Source: a virus | Virus record (IMG/VR): IMGVR_UViG_3300028840_005153 | Span: 12,049 to 76,048 of that record | Strand: one strand, 5' to 3' | Length of the DNA: 64,000 nt | Shown here: positions 1 to 10,167 of the stretch, in pieces | Numbering within the stretch: position 1 is the stretch's first letter | How the letters are laid out: each line of letters opens with the position of its first letter | Made by a program: the position numbers and the translations under genes | The notes under the pieces: model-generated | The model's input: only the letters and a program-made list of their open reading frames with translations | What the model was told of the DNA's origin: nothing | Database searches by the model: none

Positions 1-100
1 AAATTGGAAGAAAAAAAATTCATTCAGGTTTTTTAACGCAGGATTTCTTTTTCAACGACGAATTAACTGAATACATTAAATTCATTGGGGCCTGGAAGAG

Positions 101-1669
101 ATGATTCGAAGACGCAAGGTTGATACTGATATTGAAAGAAAATTAATAATCGGATTAATTACTTCGACTGCTTTTTGTCAAGAGATAATTCCAAAGTTAA
201 AAATTCTTGGAATGGATACTTTTCAAATTTCTTTTGCTCGTAAGGTAGCTCAATGGGTTATTGATTACTACGAAGATATTGGTGAGGCACCTCAAAAACA
301 TATTCAAGATATTTTTAATACTGAAAAAGAAAAACTATCTGAAGAAGAAAAAGAACTCGTTTCTGATTTTTTAGATTTACTTTCTAAAGAGTATGAAAAT
401 GAAAGTCAATTTAATGTAGCTTATCTACGAAAGAAAACGCTTGAATATTTGAAAACAAGAACATTTGAAATTTTCTTTGAACGTGGATTGTCCTACGTTG
501 AACAGGGAAAACTAAAACACGCCGAAAGACTTTATTTAGATTTCACAAAGGTTCCAGAAGAAACAATTGAAACCTTTGACCCATTTAGTGAAAAGGAAGT
601 AAGGCTGTATGAGTTGGATGGTGAAGTCAATAGGCTTGTAGAAATGCCCGGAGATTTAGGAAAAGTAATTGGCGGACCACTTGAACGTAGTTGGCTTGTA
701 AGTTTGGCAGGTCCAGAAAAAAGAGGAAAGAGTTTTTTCTTGGAAGAGTTTGTTTTTCAGTGTTTGTTTGATGGGCTGAAAGTATTTTGGGTTTCGCTTG
801 AAATGAATAAGTATGTTTTAAAAGGAAGAATTTATACTCGAATTACTGCTGCCATTAAGGAACCTGGAAATATAATAATTCCAATTCCAGATTGTAAGAA
901 TAATCAGCAGGGAATATGTAATAAAAAGAAAAGAATTAATAACATTAAACTCGTAGATGAATTTGGTGCATTGCCAGAATTTGATCCGCGATCGAAGTAT
1001 TCTCCTTGTACTGTTTGTCGCACTATCCCTCGCCGCAAAGGGATTCCACCAAATAGGACATTTACTCCAGACTATTGGTTTGAAGAAATAAGAGTCGAAG
1101 AAATCACAACGAAGATAATAGAAAAAAGAACAAAGCAGTTTCGTCAAATGTTTGGTAGTAATTTGCGCTGCCGAGCATATCCAGCTTTCAGTGCTAATTT
1201 TGATGATATTCAACATGAATTGGATCTTCTGGAAATGGAAGGTTTTGTGCCTGATATTATTGCGATAGATTACTTTGATATTTTAGCAGAAGAAAAAGGA
1301 GTCAGATCAGATCGTGGCAGTATAGATAAAACTTGGAAGCGTGGAAAGAATTTGGCAGCCGAACGTGATTGCCTTGTGATAACTCCTGATCAGACAAATA
1401 AGACATCAAGAGAGCGCGAGACAATTCGTTCTACCGATACAACCGAAGACAAAAGAAAGGATGCTCATGTAGATTTGAAACTCGCTATAAATCAAACCAT
1501 GCAGGAAAACGACGATGGTGTCGCCAGGATTGGAGTTCTTTTTCATAGACATAGGAAAACTACTTCCAAACAGGCGATGGTTTTTCAATCACTGGAATTG
1601 GCTAATCCATTTATGGATTCAGTAATGTTGCTAAATCCGGGCGCTTTAAAGCGTGAAAAGATGGATTAA
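101..1669 (+). CDS. dnaB: Replicative DNA helicase (DnaB/SF4-like) with Cys-rich insertion
   Basis: Walker A-like GPEKRGKS, VSLEM motif, IIAIDYFD Walker B, C-terminal DnaB-like motifs; Cys-containing insert (CKNN..C, CTVC). Confidence 0.8.
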   Translation: MIRRRKVDTDIERKLIIGLITSTAFCQEIIPKLKILGMDTFQISFARKVAQWVIDYYEDIGEAPQKHIQDIFNTEKEKLSEEEKELVSDFLDLLSKEYENESQFNVAYLRKKTLEYLKTRTFEIFFERGLSYVEQGKLKHAERLYLDFTKVPEETIETFDPFSEKEVRLYELDGEVNRLVEMPGDLGKVIGGPLERSWLVSLAGPEKRGKSFFLEEFVFQCLFDGLKVFWVSLEMNKYVLKGRIYTRITAAIKEPGNIIIPIPDCKNNQQGICNKKKRINNIKLVDEFGALPEFDPRSKYSPCTVCRTIPRRKGIPPNRTFTPDYWFEEIRVEEITTKIIEKRTKQFRQMFGSNLRCRAYPAFSANFDDIQHELDLLEMEGFVPDIIAIDYFDILAEEKGVRSDRGSIDKTWKRGKNLAAERDCLVITPDQTNKTSRERETIRSTDTTEDKRKDAHVDLKLAINQTMQENDDGVARIGVLFHRHRKTTSKQAMVFQSLELANPFMDSVMLLNPGALKREKMD

Positions 1670-1696
1670 AAAAAATCACATTTGCTTTTAAAAAAT

Positions 1697-1705
1697 TGGT
1701 ATAAT
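1697..1705 (+). promoter_or_regulatory. Extended -10 promoter (TGGTATAAT)
   Basis: TGn-TATAAT in the intergenic gap upstream of strong RBS AAAGGAGG and ATG 1758. Confidence 0.5.
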
Positions 1706-1757
1706 TAGTTAGTTTAAGGCCACTCATTATTAACTAAATCCAAAAGGAGGAATCAAA

Positions 1758-2510
1758 ATGGCCGATCTTAAAACTTTGAAGAAAATGGTTAAGGCGCTCA
1801 ACAAACTGGATCTTCTCGAAGACGAAATTGAAATTCGTAAAGTCGAAGAAGATGAACTTCGAGAATCTTTCATTCAGGCCATCGAAGAAATTGATGACAA
1901 TGGTCAGACTAAAGAAGTAGATGATGAAATTCTCGATTTTTACGAAGACCTCCTCGATGAAGAAGAATCCGGCAAGAAGGAAGAGGAAGAGCCTAAAAAG
2001 GGCAAGAAAGGAAAGAAGGGAAAGAAAGCCAAAAAAGGAAAGAAAGGAAAGAAGGAAAAGAAGGAACCTGATTTTGACGAAGACGCTTTACGCGAAGAGC
2101 TCGAAGATATGGATATGGATGAGCTTGAAGAATATATCGAAGACAATGACATCAAAGTTAAGGTAAAGAAAAAAGATGAAGAGGATGATGTCATTGAAAA
2201 AATTATCGAGGCTTGCCGTCCTGCTGAAGAAGAGGAAGAAGAGGAAGAAGAGGAAAAGCCTAAAACCAAAAAGGGAAAGAAAGCCAAAAAGGAAAAGAAA
2301 GCCAAAAAAGGCAAAAAGGGCAAGAAAGGAAAGAAGAAAAAGAAATCGGCAAGTATTGATGAAGCTATTGAAAGCCTTGTCGAAGATGGGATCGCTATTA
2401 GCGAATTGGTTTCCGGTGTTGCCGAAGAACTCAATATTGATGAGAAAAAAGCACAACGGCAAGTGTTGAAAGCAATTGTTGAAATGGATGTTACTGTAAC
2501 AGTTGATTAA
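1758..2510 (+). CDS. Highly charged protein with alternating acidic domains and Lys-rich (KKGKK) tracts; putative nucleoid or replisome-organising protein
   Basis: Strong RBS; low-complexity KKGKKGKK and poly-E blocks; followed by a terminator. Confidence 0.6.
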   Translation: MADLKTLKKMVKALNKLDLLEDEIEIRKVEEDELRESFIQAIEEIDDNGQTKEVDDEILDFYEDLLDEEESGKKEEEEPKKGKKGKKGKKAKKGKKGKKEKKEPDFDEDALREELEDMDMDELEEYIEDNDIKVKVKKKDEEDDVIEKIIEACRPAEEEEEEEEEEKPKTKKGKKAKKEKKAKKGKKGKKGKKKKKSASIDEAIESLVEDGIAISELVSGVAEELNIDEKKAQRQVLKAIVEMDVTVTVD

Positions 2511-2559
2511 ATTGTAAAACTTCGGCCGAAAGTAATATATGAATTATTAATTCAACAAG

Positions 2560-2590
2560 AGGGAGTGGTTTCGGCCACTCCCTTTTTTTT
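2560..2590 (+). terminator. Rho-independent terminator
   Basis: AGGGAGTGGT-TTCG-GCCACTCCCT hairpin followed by a T run. Confidence 0.85.
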
Positions 2591-2610
2591 GAATTGAGGG
2601 GAGAATAATA

Positions 2611-3393
2611 ATGGCTAAAAAAGAAAAAGGTTTTTCGGTAGAAACTGAGTCTTTGAAAGATTTTCTTAGGAGAGTTTTCCTTAATGGTGCGGTTGATTCT
2701 TGCGTTTTAGAAATTGATGATGAAGGGTTTGCCGAAGTTTATGCAGTAGATGTTTCAAATGTTCTTTTCCTCTATGTTAGCGAAGACCTTGGTATCGAAG
2801 ATGAAATGGAAATTGGCCTTGGCAATCTTGATCTTTTGAATAAATTTGTTTCTACAATAAAGGAAGATAAAGTTTCAGTTAGTATAGATAAGAATCGCCT
2901 TGTAATTGCGAGAGATAAATTTGGCCGTTTGGATTATCTTCTTACTTCTGCTGAGCTTGTGCCTACAGCATTGGAAGAGAAAGAAGACACGATAGAAAAG
3001 TTAATGGACGCTTGTACTATTGAGGTTATATTGAATGCTGATTTTGCTGCTACACTCGCCAGTTATTACAGCATGGTGAAAGCGAAAGAAATAACTTTAA
3101 AATATATTGATGGGAATTTTTATGTTGTTGGAGGAACAGATACGGGTCACAAATATGAAATACCAATTGATGGAGAAGTAAATGCCGTTGAGGGTGAAAA
3201 CGAAGAGGATGATTTTACTGTTAGTGTTTATGGTGATTTCTTCCTGTCTATTCTTGGAGTTCTTGATTTTGATGAAGAGCCGAAACTTATGCTTGCACCA
3301 AATTCCCCGGCAGTAATTGTGCAAGGAGAAGATAATGAAAATGTATGGGGGATAGCGCCAATTTCTATTGAAGGGGGAGGCGATGAAGATTAG
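2611..3393 (+). CDS. DNA sliding clamp (PCNA/T4 gp45-like)
   Basis: 260 aa, very acidic, N-terminal AVDVSNV and C-terminal WGIAPI resembling PCNA (..D.S.V / YLAP); directly upstream of clamp loader genes. Confidence 0.7.
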   Translation: MAKKEKGFSVETESLKDFLRRVFLNGAVDSCVLEIDDEGFAEVYAVDVSNVLFLYVSEDLGIEDEMEIGLGNLDLLNKFVSTIKEDKVSVSIDKNRLVIARDKFGRLDYLLTSAELVPTALEEKEDTIEKLMDACTIEVILNADFAATLASYYSMVKAKEITLKYIDGNFYVVGGTDTGHKYEIPIDGEVNAVEGENEEDDFTVSVYGDFFLSILGVLDFDEEPKLMLAPNSPAVIVQGEDNENVWGIAPISIEGGGDED

Positions 3394-4309
3394 GAATTAT
3401 ATATGGTATGAAAAGTATCGGCCAACTTCATTAGCTAATCTGTCGCTTCCGGTAAAGGTAAAAAAGCAATTTAAAAAATATATCAAAGATAAACAAATTC
3501 CACACCTACTTTTCCATGGACCTCCTGGTTCTGGAAAGACAACTATTGCAAATATCCTTATTAAAAATATTCCTTGCCGTTCATTGGTTTTAAATGCTTC
3601 TTCAGTGGATCGTGGCATTAGCACCATCAAGGGCAAGGTGAAAGAGTTTGCTTCCAGTCAGGCTTTGAAAGATGAAATAAAAATTGTTTTCTTTGATGAA
3701 GCCGATGGTTTAACACCTGATGCACAAATGGGTTTGAAGAATACGATAGAAACTTATTCTGGAAATTGCCGTTTTATTTTTACTGCGAACAGATTGCATA
3801 AAGTTATTGATGCCATCCGTAGCCGTCCAATAATCTTTGAATTTAATCAGGTTGATAGAAAAGATTTACTCAAACAAATGACGCATATATTAGAGGAAGA
3901 AGATGTTGAATTTGAAGTAGAAGATATTGAAGAAATTATAGATCGTTTTTTTCCTGATGTAAGAACAATCGTAAATAATTTGCAAGCTGCTTCGTATTCT
4001 GGTAGTTTGGATATAGAAAATTTATCTTCCTTTGGTATTGAACCACATGAAATAACTCAGCTTATTACCGAAGGTAATCTCAAAGAGATAAGGGTGAAAG
4101 TAAATGGCTTGAGTGATTTTTCTTTTATCTATCGTTATTTGTTTGATGAGTATTTGCCTGAGCTTGATACGGAAAGTGGAATTGAATTTTCCTCTTCGAT
4201 AGTTAAACATTTAAGCCAGGATACTTTTGTTGCAGATCGTACTTTGAATTTCCTTGGCTTTTGTGTAGATGTTATGGATATCCTGGAAGTTTCGGAGATA
4301 AAATTTTAA
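3383..4309 (+). CDS. Clamp loader AAA+ subunit (RFC small subunit/T4 gp44-like)
   Basis: WYEKYRP, HLLFHGPPGSGKTT, LNASS.RGI, DEAD, RFIFTAN, AIRSR; ATG 3383 follows GGGGAGG. Confidence 0.92.
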   Translation: MKIRNYIWYEKYRPTSLANLSLPVKVKKQFKKYIKDKQIPHLLFHGPPGSGKTTIANILIKNIPCRSLVLNASSVDRGISTIKGKVKEFASSQALKDEIKIVFFDEADGLTPDAQMGLKNTIETYSGNCRFIFTANRLHKVIDAIRSRPIIFEFNQVDRKDLLKQMTHILEEEDVEFEVEDIEEIIDRFFPDVRTIVNNLQAASYSGSLDIENLSSFGIEPHEITQLITEGNLKEIRVKVNGLSDFSFIYRYLFDEYLPELDTESGIEFSSSIVKHLSQDTFVADRTLNFLGFCVDVMDILEVSEIKF

Positions 4310-4761
4310 TGGAATTTTTTGATTATATAAAAAACCTTTTCACCAAAGGAGAGGAGATTACTTCCACTTCAGAGTATCCAAATATGTGGATGGTAAATCG
4401 TTTTATTAGTGGAAGCCCTATCTCTTTTGAAATCGCACAGGAACTTAATCTTTATCTTTCACGCTTGCCTGATTGGGCTGCCGCGATGTTCTTATACCGT
4501 ACCATACCGAAGACTGAGAGGGCTCCTTGGCTTGTTTATAGTAAAAAGCAGGTGTTACCATACCCTGAAGAATTAATAGCTAAAATAAGCGGATGCCTTA
4601 ATTGTAGCACCATTTCGGCAATTCAATATATTTCTCTTTTGGAAAATAGCGGCGTTGATACGTATCAACTTTTTGGATTAAAGAGGAAACCAAATGGGAA
4701 GAAAACTTCGAAGAAGAAAAACACCTCAAAGAGTAAGCGTAAAAAGAAAAAAAATGAGTGA
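4309..4761 (+). CDS. Probable clamp loader small subunit (gp62-like)
   Basis: Overlaps the loader stop codon; MVNRFIS motif and size typical of gp62-like proteins. Confidence 0.55.
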   Translation: MEFFDYIKNLFTKGEEITSTSEYPNMWMVNRFISGSPISFEIAQELNLYLSRLPDWAAAMFLYRTIPKTERAPWLVYSKKQVLPYPEELIAKISGCLNCSTISAIQYISLLENSGVDTYQLFGLKRKPNGKKTSKKKNTSKSKRKKKKNE

Positions 4762-5137
4762 ATTTCTCGGCATGAAAAACCGAGAAGGAAATCTTATAAA
4801 AAAATATGAGAATATAATTGAAGGTAGGACTAACGAAGAGAGGAGAGAGATTGAACGTAAATTAATGAAGCCTGATGTTCTGCCGCCCTATGTTGGGCCG
4901 AAAGTAAATCGTGGCCCTTTAGCAAAAAGGACTGTTAAATTTTTCTTTCCTTCTTCAGATGATGTTGAAATACTTTCGCATCATGTTAAAATTAATAATT
5001 ATGTTGAACTTAATTCTTATGATGTAGACTTAATCATGCGCTTTGTGGAATTGTTGGAAGAAGGAACTCTTCGTTATGATAAAGATTCTAAGAGAATTAT
5101 TTTCGTCAGCGACCGTGGAGAAGAGTATCCGCTCTGA
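4694..5137 (+). CDS. Hypothetical protein
   Basis: ORF in operon with GAGG RBS. Confidence 0.5.
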   Translation: MGRKLRRRKTPQRVSVKRKKMSEFLGMKNREGNLIKKYENIIEGRTNEERREIERKLMKPDVLPPYVGPKVNRGPLAKRTVKFFFPSSDDVEILSHHVKINNYVELNSYDVDLIMRFVELLEEGTLRYDKDSKRIIFVSDRGEEYPL

Positions 5138-5153
5138 TGGTGTCAATATTTAT

Positions 5154-5624
5154 ATGATTAAAAATAGATTTATAAAGCGAAGAGTTTTTTGTTTTTGGTG
5201 CGGGAATGCTAATGTAATTGATGGTACTGAAGCAAATTTTCTTCATAATTTTAACACATATTATCAGAAGATGAACAGCGGTCATGCGACAATTTGTAAG
5301 CATTGCGGGAAAATTATTTATACCGCTTTATATAAAAATAAAATCATAAGTGGAAGAAGTGTTAAACATTTAAGGAGAAGAAAAATGATCCTTGAATCGA
5401 AGCAAAGTCATGAAGTTATTGATGCACAAAAATTCGTAGAATTTATTGTTTTGAAAAAAGCTGAATTGGAATTGCCTTTAAAAAAGACTTTTACTGATAC
5501 GGATACTTGTCCGTTGTGCGGAGGGCTTTTAGTTATTCATTTTGTGCCTATCAATTCTGAAGGAAATAAAGTAATTACGATGGGCGGATGTCAAAGTAAA
5601 GAATGTTTTTCCTGGAGGGAATAA
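5154..5624 (+). CDS. Hypothetical Zn-finger protein
   Basis: CFWC, CKHC, CPLC and C..C motifs; start uncertain. Confidence 0.5.
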   Translation: MIKNRFIKRRVFCFWCGNANVIDGTEANFLHNFNTYYQKMNSGHATICKHCGKIIYTALYKNKIISGRSVKHLRRRKMILESKQSHEVIDAQKFVEFIVLKKAELELPLKKTFTDTDTCPLCGGLLVIHFVPINSEGNKVITMGGCQSKECFSWRE

Positions 5625-5626
5625 TC

Positions 5627-7051
5627 ATGAAAAAGAAATCAACAAGGGAAGAGATTATCCATGAATCGAAGAAGTTTGTGGAAAGCAATAAAGGCTTGAA
5701 ACTCGATATGAATGCGAAAGTAAAACAGTATATTTCTCCTCGTATCAGTAGTGAATATATGGATTGCAGTATGCCAATGACTTTCGATAGTTATTCCCAT
5801 TGTAGCTTAGGATGCCTTTATTGTTTCGCTTATTTTTTCAAAAGTAATAATACTTCATTTAATGAAAATCTTCATGTTTCCGCAATGGAAAAAATGATTC
5901 CAGCAATTGAAGGTAAACCAAAATCATATAGAGAAAAGATTTTTCATAGACATTTTTATTCGAAGAAATTTCTTCTTCATTGGGGCGGCATGGCTGATCC
6001 TTTTTGTAACTTTGAAAGATCAAACAGGAGAGCATTTAATTTCCTGGAAGCTCTTGGAGCAAATAATTATCCAACTCTTTTTTCTTTCAAGGGTGCAACA
6101 ATTTTTCATCCAAGATATCGTAGACTTTTTGAAAAGTATTCGTCTCAACAAAATTTTGCTTTTCAAGTTTCTATTGTTACTGGCGATGATAAACTTTCAA
6201 GGGAAGTAGAAATAGGTGTTCCTTCTCCCACAAGAAGATTAGAAGCAATCAAAATGTTAAGTGAGATGGGATATTATACTATACTTCGTCTTCGCCCTTT
6301 TATTATTGGCGTCACAGATCGTAGTCTTGATGAATTACTTGGAAAGGCTTTGGAAGCTGGAATCAAAGGCGTCAGTATGGAATTTTTTGCGGTAGATGTT
6401 AGATGTAGTTCGGGAATGAGGACTCGCTATAAATGGCTTGCACAAGTAATGGGAGTCAAAGATTTACTTTCATATTTCAAAGATTTATCTCCATCAGAAC
6501 GTGGTGGATATATGCGATTAAATCGTTTAGTGAAAGAAATTTATGTCCGTAAAGTCTTTGAATTTTGCATGACACATGGATTAACTTTTGGTGTAAGCGA
6601 TCCGGATTTCAAAGAATTAAATTCTTCGGGTAGTTGTTGCGGTATGCCTGATGATTTTCCCGATAACCGTTTGCTTGAAAATTGGACACGTGGTCAATTA
6701 ACATATGCTTTGAAAGAAGCAAGAAGAAAATATCATTTGGAAAATAAGGATCAATATCTTCGGTTTAATGATGTCTTTCATAAGGAAGACACTTACCTTG
6801 ACGATATAGAATTAACAAATGATCACGTTGCTTGTGCTGAACTTACTGCCGCTGAAAGGAAGAGTTATACTTATCGAAGTTTAGCACAAAAGACTTGGAA
6901 TAATTTGCGCAGTCCTGGGAATCCAAGAAATTACTTTCATGGTAAAATACTTCCTGTCGGAATAGATCAAGATGGAAATCTCGAATTTAAATATGTTGAA
7001 CATGACTACGAAAAAAGATGGGCAAAAGACGGTCTTGATCTTTCGTATTGA
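5627..7051 (+). CDS. Radical SAM enzyme (spore photoproduct lyase-like clade)
   Basis: CSLGCLYC CxxxCxxC motif, GGMADPF, E.GVPSP..RL, RLRPFI; RBS GGAGG. Confidence 0.85.
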   Translation: MKKKSTREEIIHESKKFVESNKGLKLDMNAKVKQYISPRISSEYMDCSMPMTFDSYSHCSLGCLYCFAYFFKSNNTSFNENLHVSAMEKMIPAIEGKPKSYREKIFHRHFYSKKFLLHWGGMADPFCNFERSNRRAFNFLEALGANNYPTLFSFKGATIFHPRYRRLFEKYSSQQNFAFQVSIVTGDDKLSREVEIGVPSPTRRLEAIKMLSEMGYYTILRLRPFIIGVTDRSLDELLGKALEAGIKGVSMEFFAVDVRCSSGMRTRYKWLAQVMGVKDLLSYFKDLSPSERGGYMRLNRLVKEIYVRKVFEFCMTHGLTFGVSDPDFKELNSSGSCCGMPDDFPDNRLLENWTRGQLTYALKEARRKYHLENKDQYLRFNDVFHKEDTYLDDIELTNDHVACAELTAAERKSYTYRSLAQKTWNNLRSPGNPRNYFHGKILPVGIDQDGNLEFKYVEHDYEKRWAKDGLDLSY

Positions 7052-7770
7052 AAGTTAAAAACATGCGAAGAAGAAAAACGGTTTTAATAACTGGCCCTGC
7101 CGATATGAGGACTTGGCGAAAGGGTTGGATATGCCAATCAGGTCCAACTTGTTATGTTGGGAATCCACCGGAATATTGTATTCCGGAAAAGTATCGATGT
7201 TCTTTGAAAGAAGTATGGGCCATTATTCGTTGGGTAAAAGAGAGAATTGGAAAATTTAAAATCGAGAGGGGAAGAATAGTGCCTGAACAAAGAAGGATTC
7301 GCCGACGAAAGAAAAGCAAAACAAATTATCTTCCTAAGGATAATTGGAGTGCTATTTTTATTGAACCTTATGGGAGAAGATTTTATGATGGCTATATTGC
7401 TTTATTAGTTGGAGCAGAATATGTGGGTGATTATCCAAATGGGAATTACAATATCTTGGAAGAGCCGAGAATAAAACTTGATGATTTAAATGTTGTTTTG
7501 AATTATGTTAACAAGCAATTCCCTGATGGGTGGCGCGTCAATGGAAAAGAAGTCATTGCAGGTAAACCCGATCCTATTCGATTGCCTGAGAGGAAAATAC
7601 CTGAGTGGGAAAGGAAAGCAAAAGAGAGAAAGAAGGAAGAGGAAAGTAAAAATTATCAGAAACCTTTTTCAAAACCAAAAGGGATACGTGAAGCTTTAAT
7701 AGTAAAGGAAGAAAAGCCACGTCAAATTAAAAGAAGAAAGTCATTCAGAAAAATACGGAGAAGAAAATGA
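7048..7770 (+). CDS. Hypothetical basic protein
   Basis: ORF overlapping both neighbours; several RRRK motifs. Confidence 0.5.
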   Translation: MKVKNMRRRKTVLITGPADMRTWRKGWICQSGPTCYVGNPPEYCIPEKYRCSLKEVWAIIRWVKERIGKFKIERGRIVPEQRRIRRRKKSKTNYLPKDNWSAIFIEPYGRRFYDGYIALLVGAEYVGDYPNGNYNILEEPRIKLDDLNVVLNYVNKQFPDGWRVNGKEVIAGKPDPIRLPERKIPEWERKAKERKKEEESKNYQKPFSKPKGIREALIVKEEKPRQIKRRKSFRKIRRRK

Positions 7771-9167
7771 AAATCGCAGTTACTATTTACCCTCTTGATG
7801 GTATGGGTGGCATTATTCCCAATGTGGAAAATCAATTGTGGGGATTGAAAGAACTTGGACACGAAGTGGATTTTTATCTTCTCGGTTGGCAGAATAAATT
7901 TATGAAAGGAAAGTATTCAGATAATGAATTACTTTCGACAAAAAATAATGGATGGCGTAAAGGCTGTTTATATCCTGTTCATGGAACTAAGGGTTGGAAT
8001 TTTCCTCTGGAAAGAAAAATTCCATATAAGGGAAAAGAAAATATCAAAAGGGCAAAGCGAATACTTTCAAAGTATGATTTTATCATTTGGCAAATTCCTG
8101 TCCCCACAAGGCAAAAAGCAAACAGGGGAAATGTTGATTGGATAGAATTATATAAGGCAAACGAAGTAAATGTTCTTTATTGCCATGACTGTCATCTTAT
8201 TGAGAGATATCCTTATATCTACGAAATCAAAGATAATATTGTCGGTGTTGCGACTACTCATACTGCCGGATATGGTGTTATGAAACTTGGAGGGATTCAA
8301 AAAGCATTGATATTTAGTAGCCATAATATAAATAGCACTCAAAGATCGTACTCATATTATAGGAGAGAAAAAGGATTTCTTTCGTTACAGAATTTTAAAA
8401 ATACTAAAAATACTGATTTGCTTTTACGTTCAATACCATATATTTCAAAAGATATTTCAAAACATATGGCGGGAGGTGGCCGGGAACAGTTATATATGAC
8501 AAGCGAAGAAAAGTGCAAGCCTGAGTATTACTGCTCTCGAATTTATGATCCCGACCTTCCATTAAAAATACAGAAGAAGAAAATGAAAATATGGGATTAT
8601 GCGATAGAAAATAATTTGATTTGGCATGGGTGGGTTTCACCTGCCGAAAGAGATAAATTGCTGAGAAGTATTAGGACACTTGTTGATTTGAGTTGGGGAA
8701 AATATATCGAAGAGTATGGTGGAACTTTTAATCGTGTCTTTGTGGATGCTTGTATAAATGGAGCTATTCCAATCAGAGTAAAATATAATACCAATAAGGA
8801 AAGAAGTATAAATTCAATACTCAAAGAGAATGAACATTATATACCATTTCCTATCCCACCTAATGCTACTCCAAAAGAAATTGCTGAAGTTATAAATGAG
8901 GCTAACAATCTTGAAAGAAAAAAGTGGAAAGAGATATTGAGCAGTAATTATAAACTATTACTTAATTTTGATAGGAAGCATTGTGCTCAACAATTTATTA
9001 ATCTCGCAAAGAATAAACCGGCAGGATTTTTTAATGATGTAAAAATACTTTCACAAACTGATCCGAAGATAATTATAAAATCTAATAAGATGATGAAAGA
9101 GTTTTTTGGTCAGGAAAAAGTAACGATAAAAAAGAATAGCGGTATGAGGAAAATTTTGAGGAGCTGA
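7767..9167 (+). CDS. Glycosyltransferase (GT-B fold)
   Basis: MKIAV...GGI...LKELGHEVD N-terminus; K..DLLLRSI, HGWVS, F.RVFVDA..NGAIP C-terminal nucleotide-sugar-binding region. Confidence 0.7.
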   Translation: MKIAVTIYPLDGMGGIIPNVENQLWGLKELGHEVDFYLLGWQNKFMKGKYSDNELLSTKNNGWRKGCLYPVHGTKGWNFPLERKIPYKGKENIKRAKRILSKYDFIIWQIPVPTRQKANRGNVDWIELYKANEVNVLYCHDCHLIERYPYIYEIKDNIVGVATTHTAGYGVMKLGGIQKALIFSSHNINSTQRSYSYYRREKGFLSLQNFKNTKNTDLLLRSIPYISKDISKHMAGGGREQLYMTSEEKCKPEYYCSRIYDPDLPLKIQKKKMKIWDYAIENNLIWHGWVSPAERDKLLRSIRTLVDLSWGKYIEEYGGTFNRVFVDACINGAIPIRVKYNTNKERSINSILKENEHYIPFPIPPNATPKEIAEVINEANNLERKKWKEILSSNYKLLLNFDRKHCAQQFINLAKNKPAGFFNDVKILSQTDPKIIIKSNKMMKEFFGQEKVTIKKNSGMRKILRS

Positions 9168-9168
9168 A

Positions 9169-10167
9169 ATGTCTTTGAATAGTTTATACTGTTTAAAAAT
9201 TTGTCCAGTTGAAGGATGTAATCGTTTTTGTAAATTCTGTGGAGGTTATTCTATATGGAAAACAAAGGAAGACAGGAAGTATAAATTTATGGATTTGGAG
9301 TTAGCAGAAAAAATGGCGTTTTCTTTTGGTAATGAATACGAAAGTAAAAGGATAAGTATTGGGCAATTTGGCGAGCCTTTACTTCACCCAAATATCTTTG
9401 ATATAATTCAAGCCTTTAGAAGTTATGGCCCTTCGCATATGCAAACGATTTTCAGTAATGGTTTATGTTTGATAGAAAATGGAGCAGATTTTATCTGTGA
9501 AATTTTTGCGAAAGGTATAGATTTTCTTATCATAGATACCTATACGAAGGGTGAAGAGATTCGTAAGGTTGTTAAAAAATCAAAGATAAAGATGATAGAT
9601 TTTTACAAGGATAAACCAAAAAGTTTTCCAGGATTTATGTATCAAAAGCCTGGAAAGGAAAAAGTAATAGTTATCGTAGATGATCTTGGAAGTAAAGCTG
9701 GAATAGATAGGCGGAGAGGGATAGTCAATTCTGCTGGAAATTCTAATCCTAAAATTTTAAAAAAGTATGGGATATTTCCTATTGTTAATCCTATCGAAAG
9801 TAAATGCGTTCGGCCTTTTAGGGAGATGATTGTTTGCCATGATGGGGCTGTTCCTATTTGCTGTATTGATTGGAAGAGGGATTGCCTATTGGGAGTTTTT
9901 ACAAATTCTATCAGTAAAATTTGGAATTCAAAATCTTTTCAAGCCGTAAGATATTTGCTGTATAATAAAAAGAGAATTTTTAATCCTTGTTACAAGTGTG
10001 ATTTTAGCGGAGGTAACCGAAGAGGATTTTTAAAATGCCCTGAAGAAGTTGATTATGGTTATCTTGAAAGGATGCAAAAGCGTTCAAAGTATAAAAGCAA
10101 ATATTCAGTTGATCCTTTTTGGTATGATAAAGGGCTAAATGGAATTACTTCTTTTCTTAGGAGATGA
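9169..10167 (+). CDS. Radical SAM/SPASM-domain protein
   Basis: CNRFCKFC, GEPLLHP, SNG; SPASM-like CVRPF..GAVPICC.DW..LG..IWNS..C..C. Confidence 0.85.
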   Translation: MSLNSLYCLKICPVEGCNRFCKFCGGYSIWKTKEDRKYKFMDLELAEKMAFSFGNEYESKRISIGQFGEPLLHPNIFDIIQAFRSYGPSHMQTIFSNGLCLIENGADFICEIFAKGIDFLIIDTYTKGEEIRKVVKKSKIKMIDFYKDKPKSFPGFMYQKPGKEKVIVIVDDLGSKAGIDRRRGIVNSAGNSNPKILKKYGIFPIVNPIESKCVRPFREMIVCHDGAVPICCIDWKRDCLLGVFTNSISKIWNSKSFQAVRYLLYNKKRIFNPCYKCDFSGGNRRGFLKCPEEVDYGYLERMQKRSKYKSKYSVDPFWYDKGLNGITSFLRR

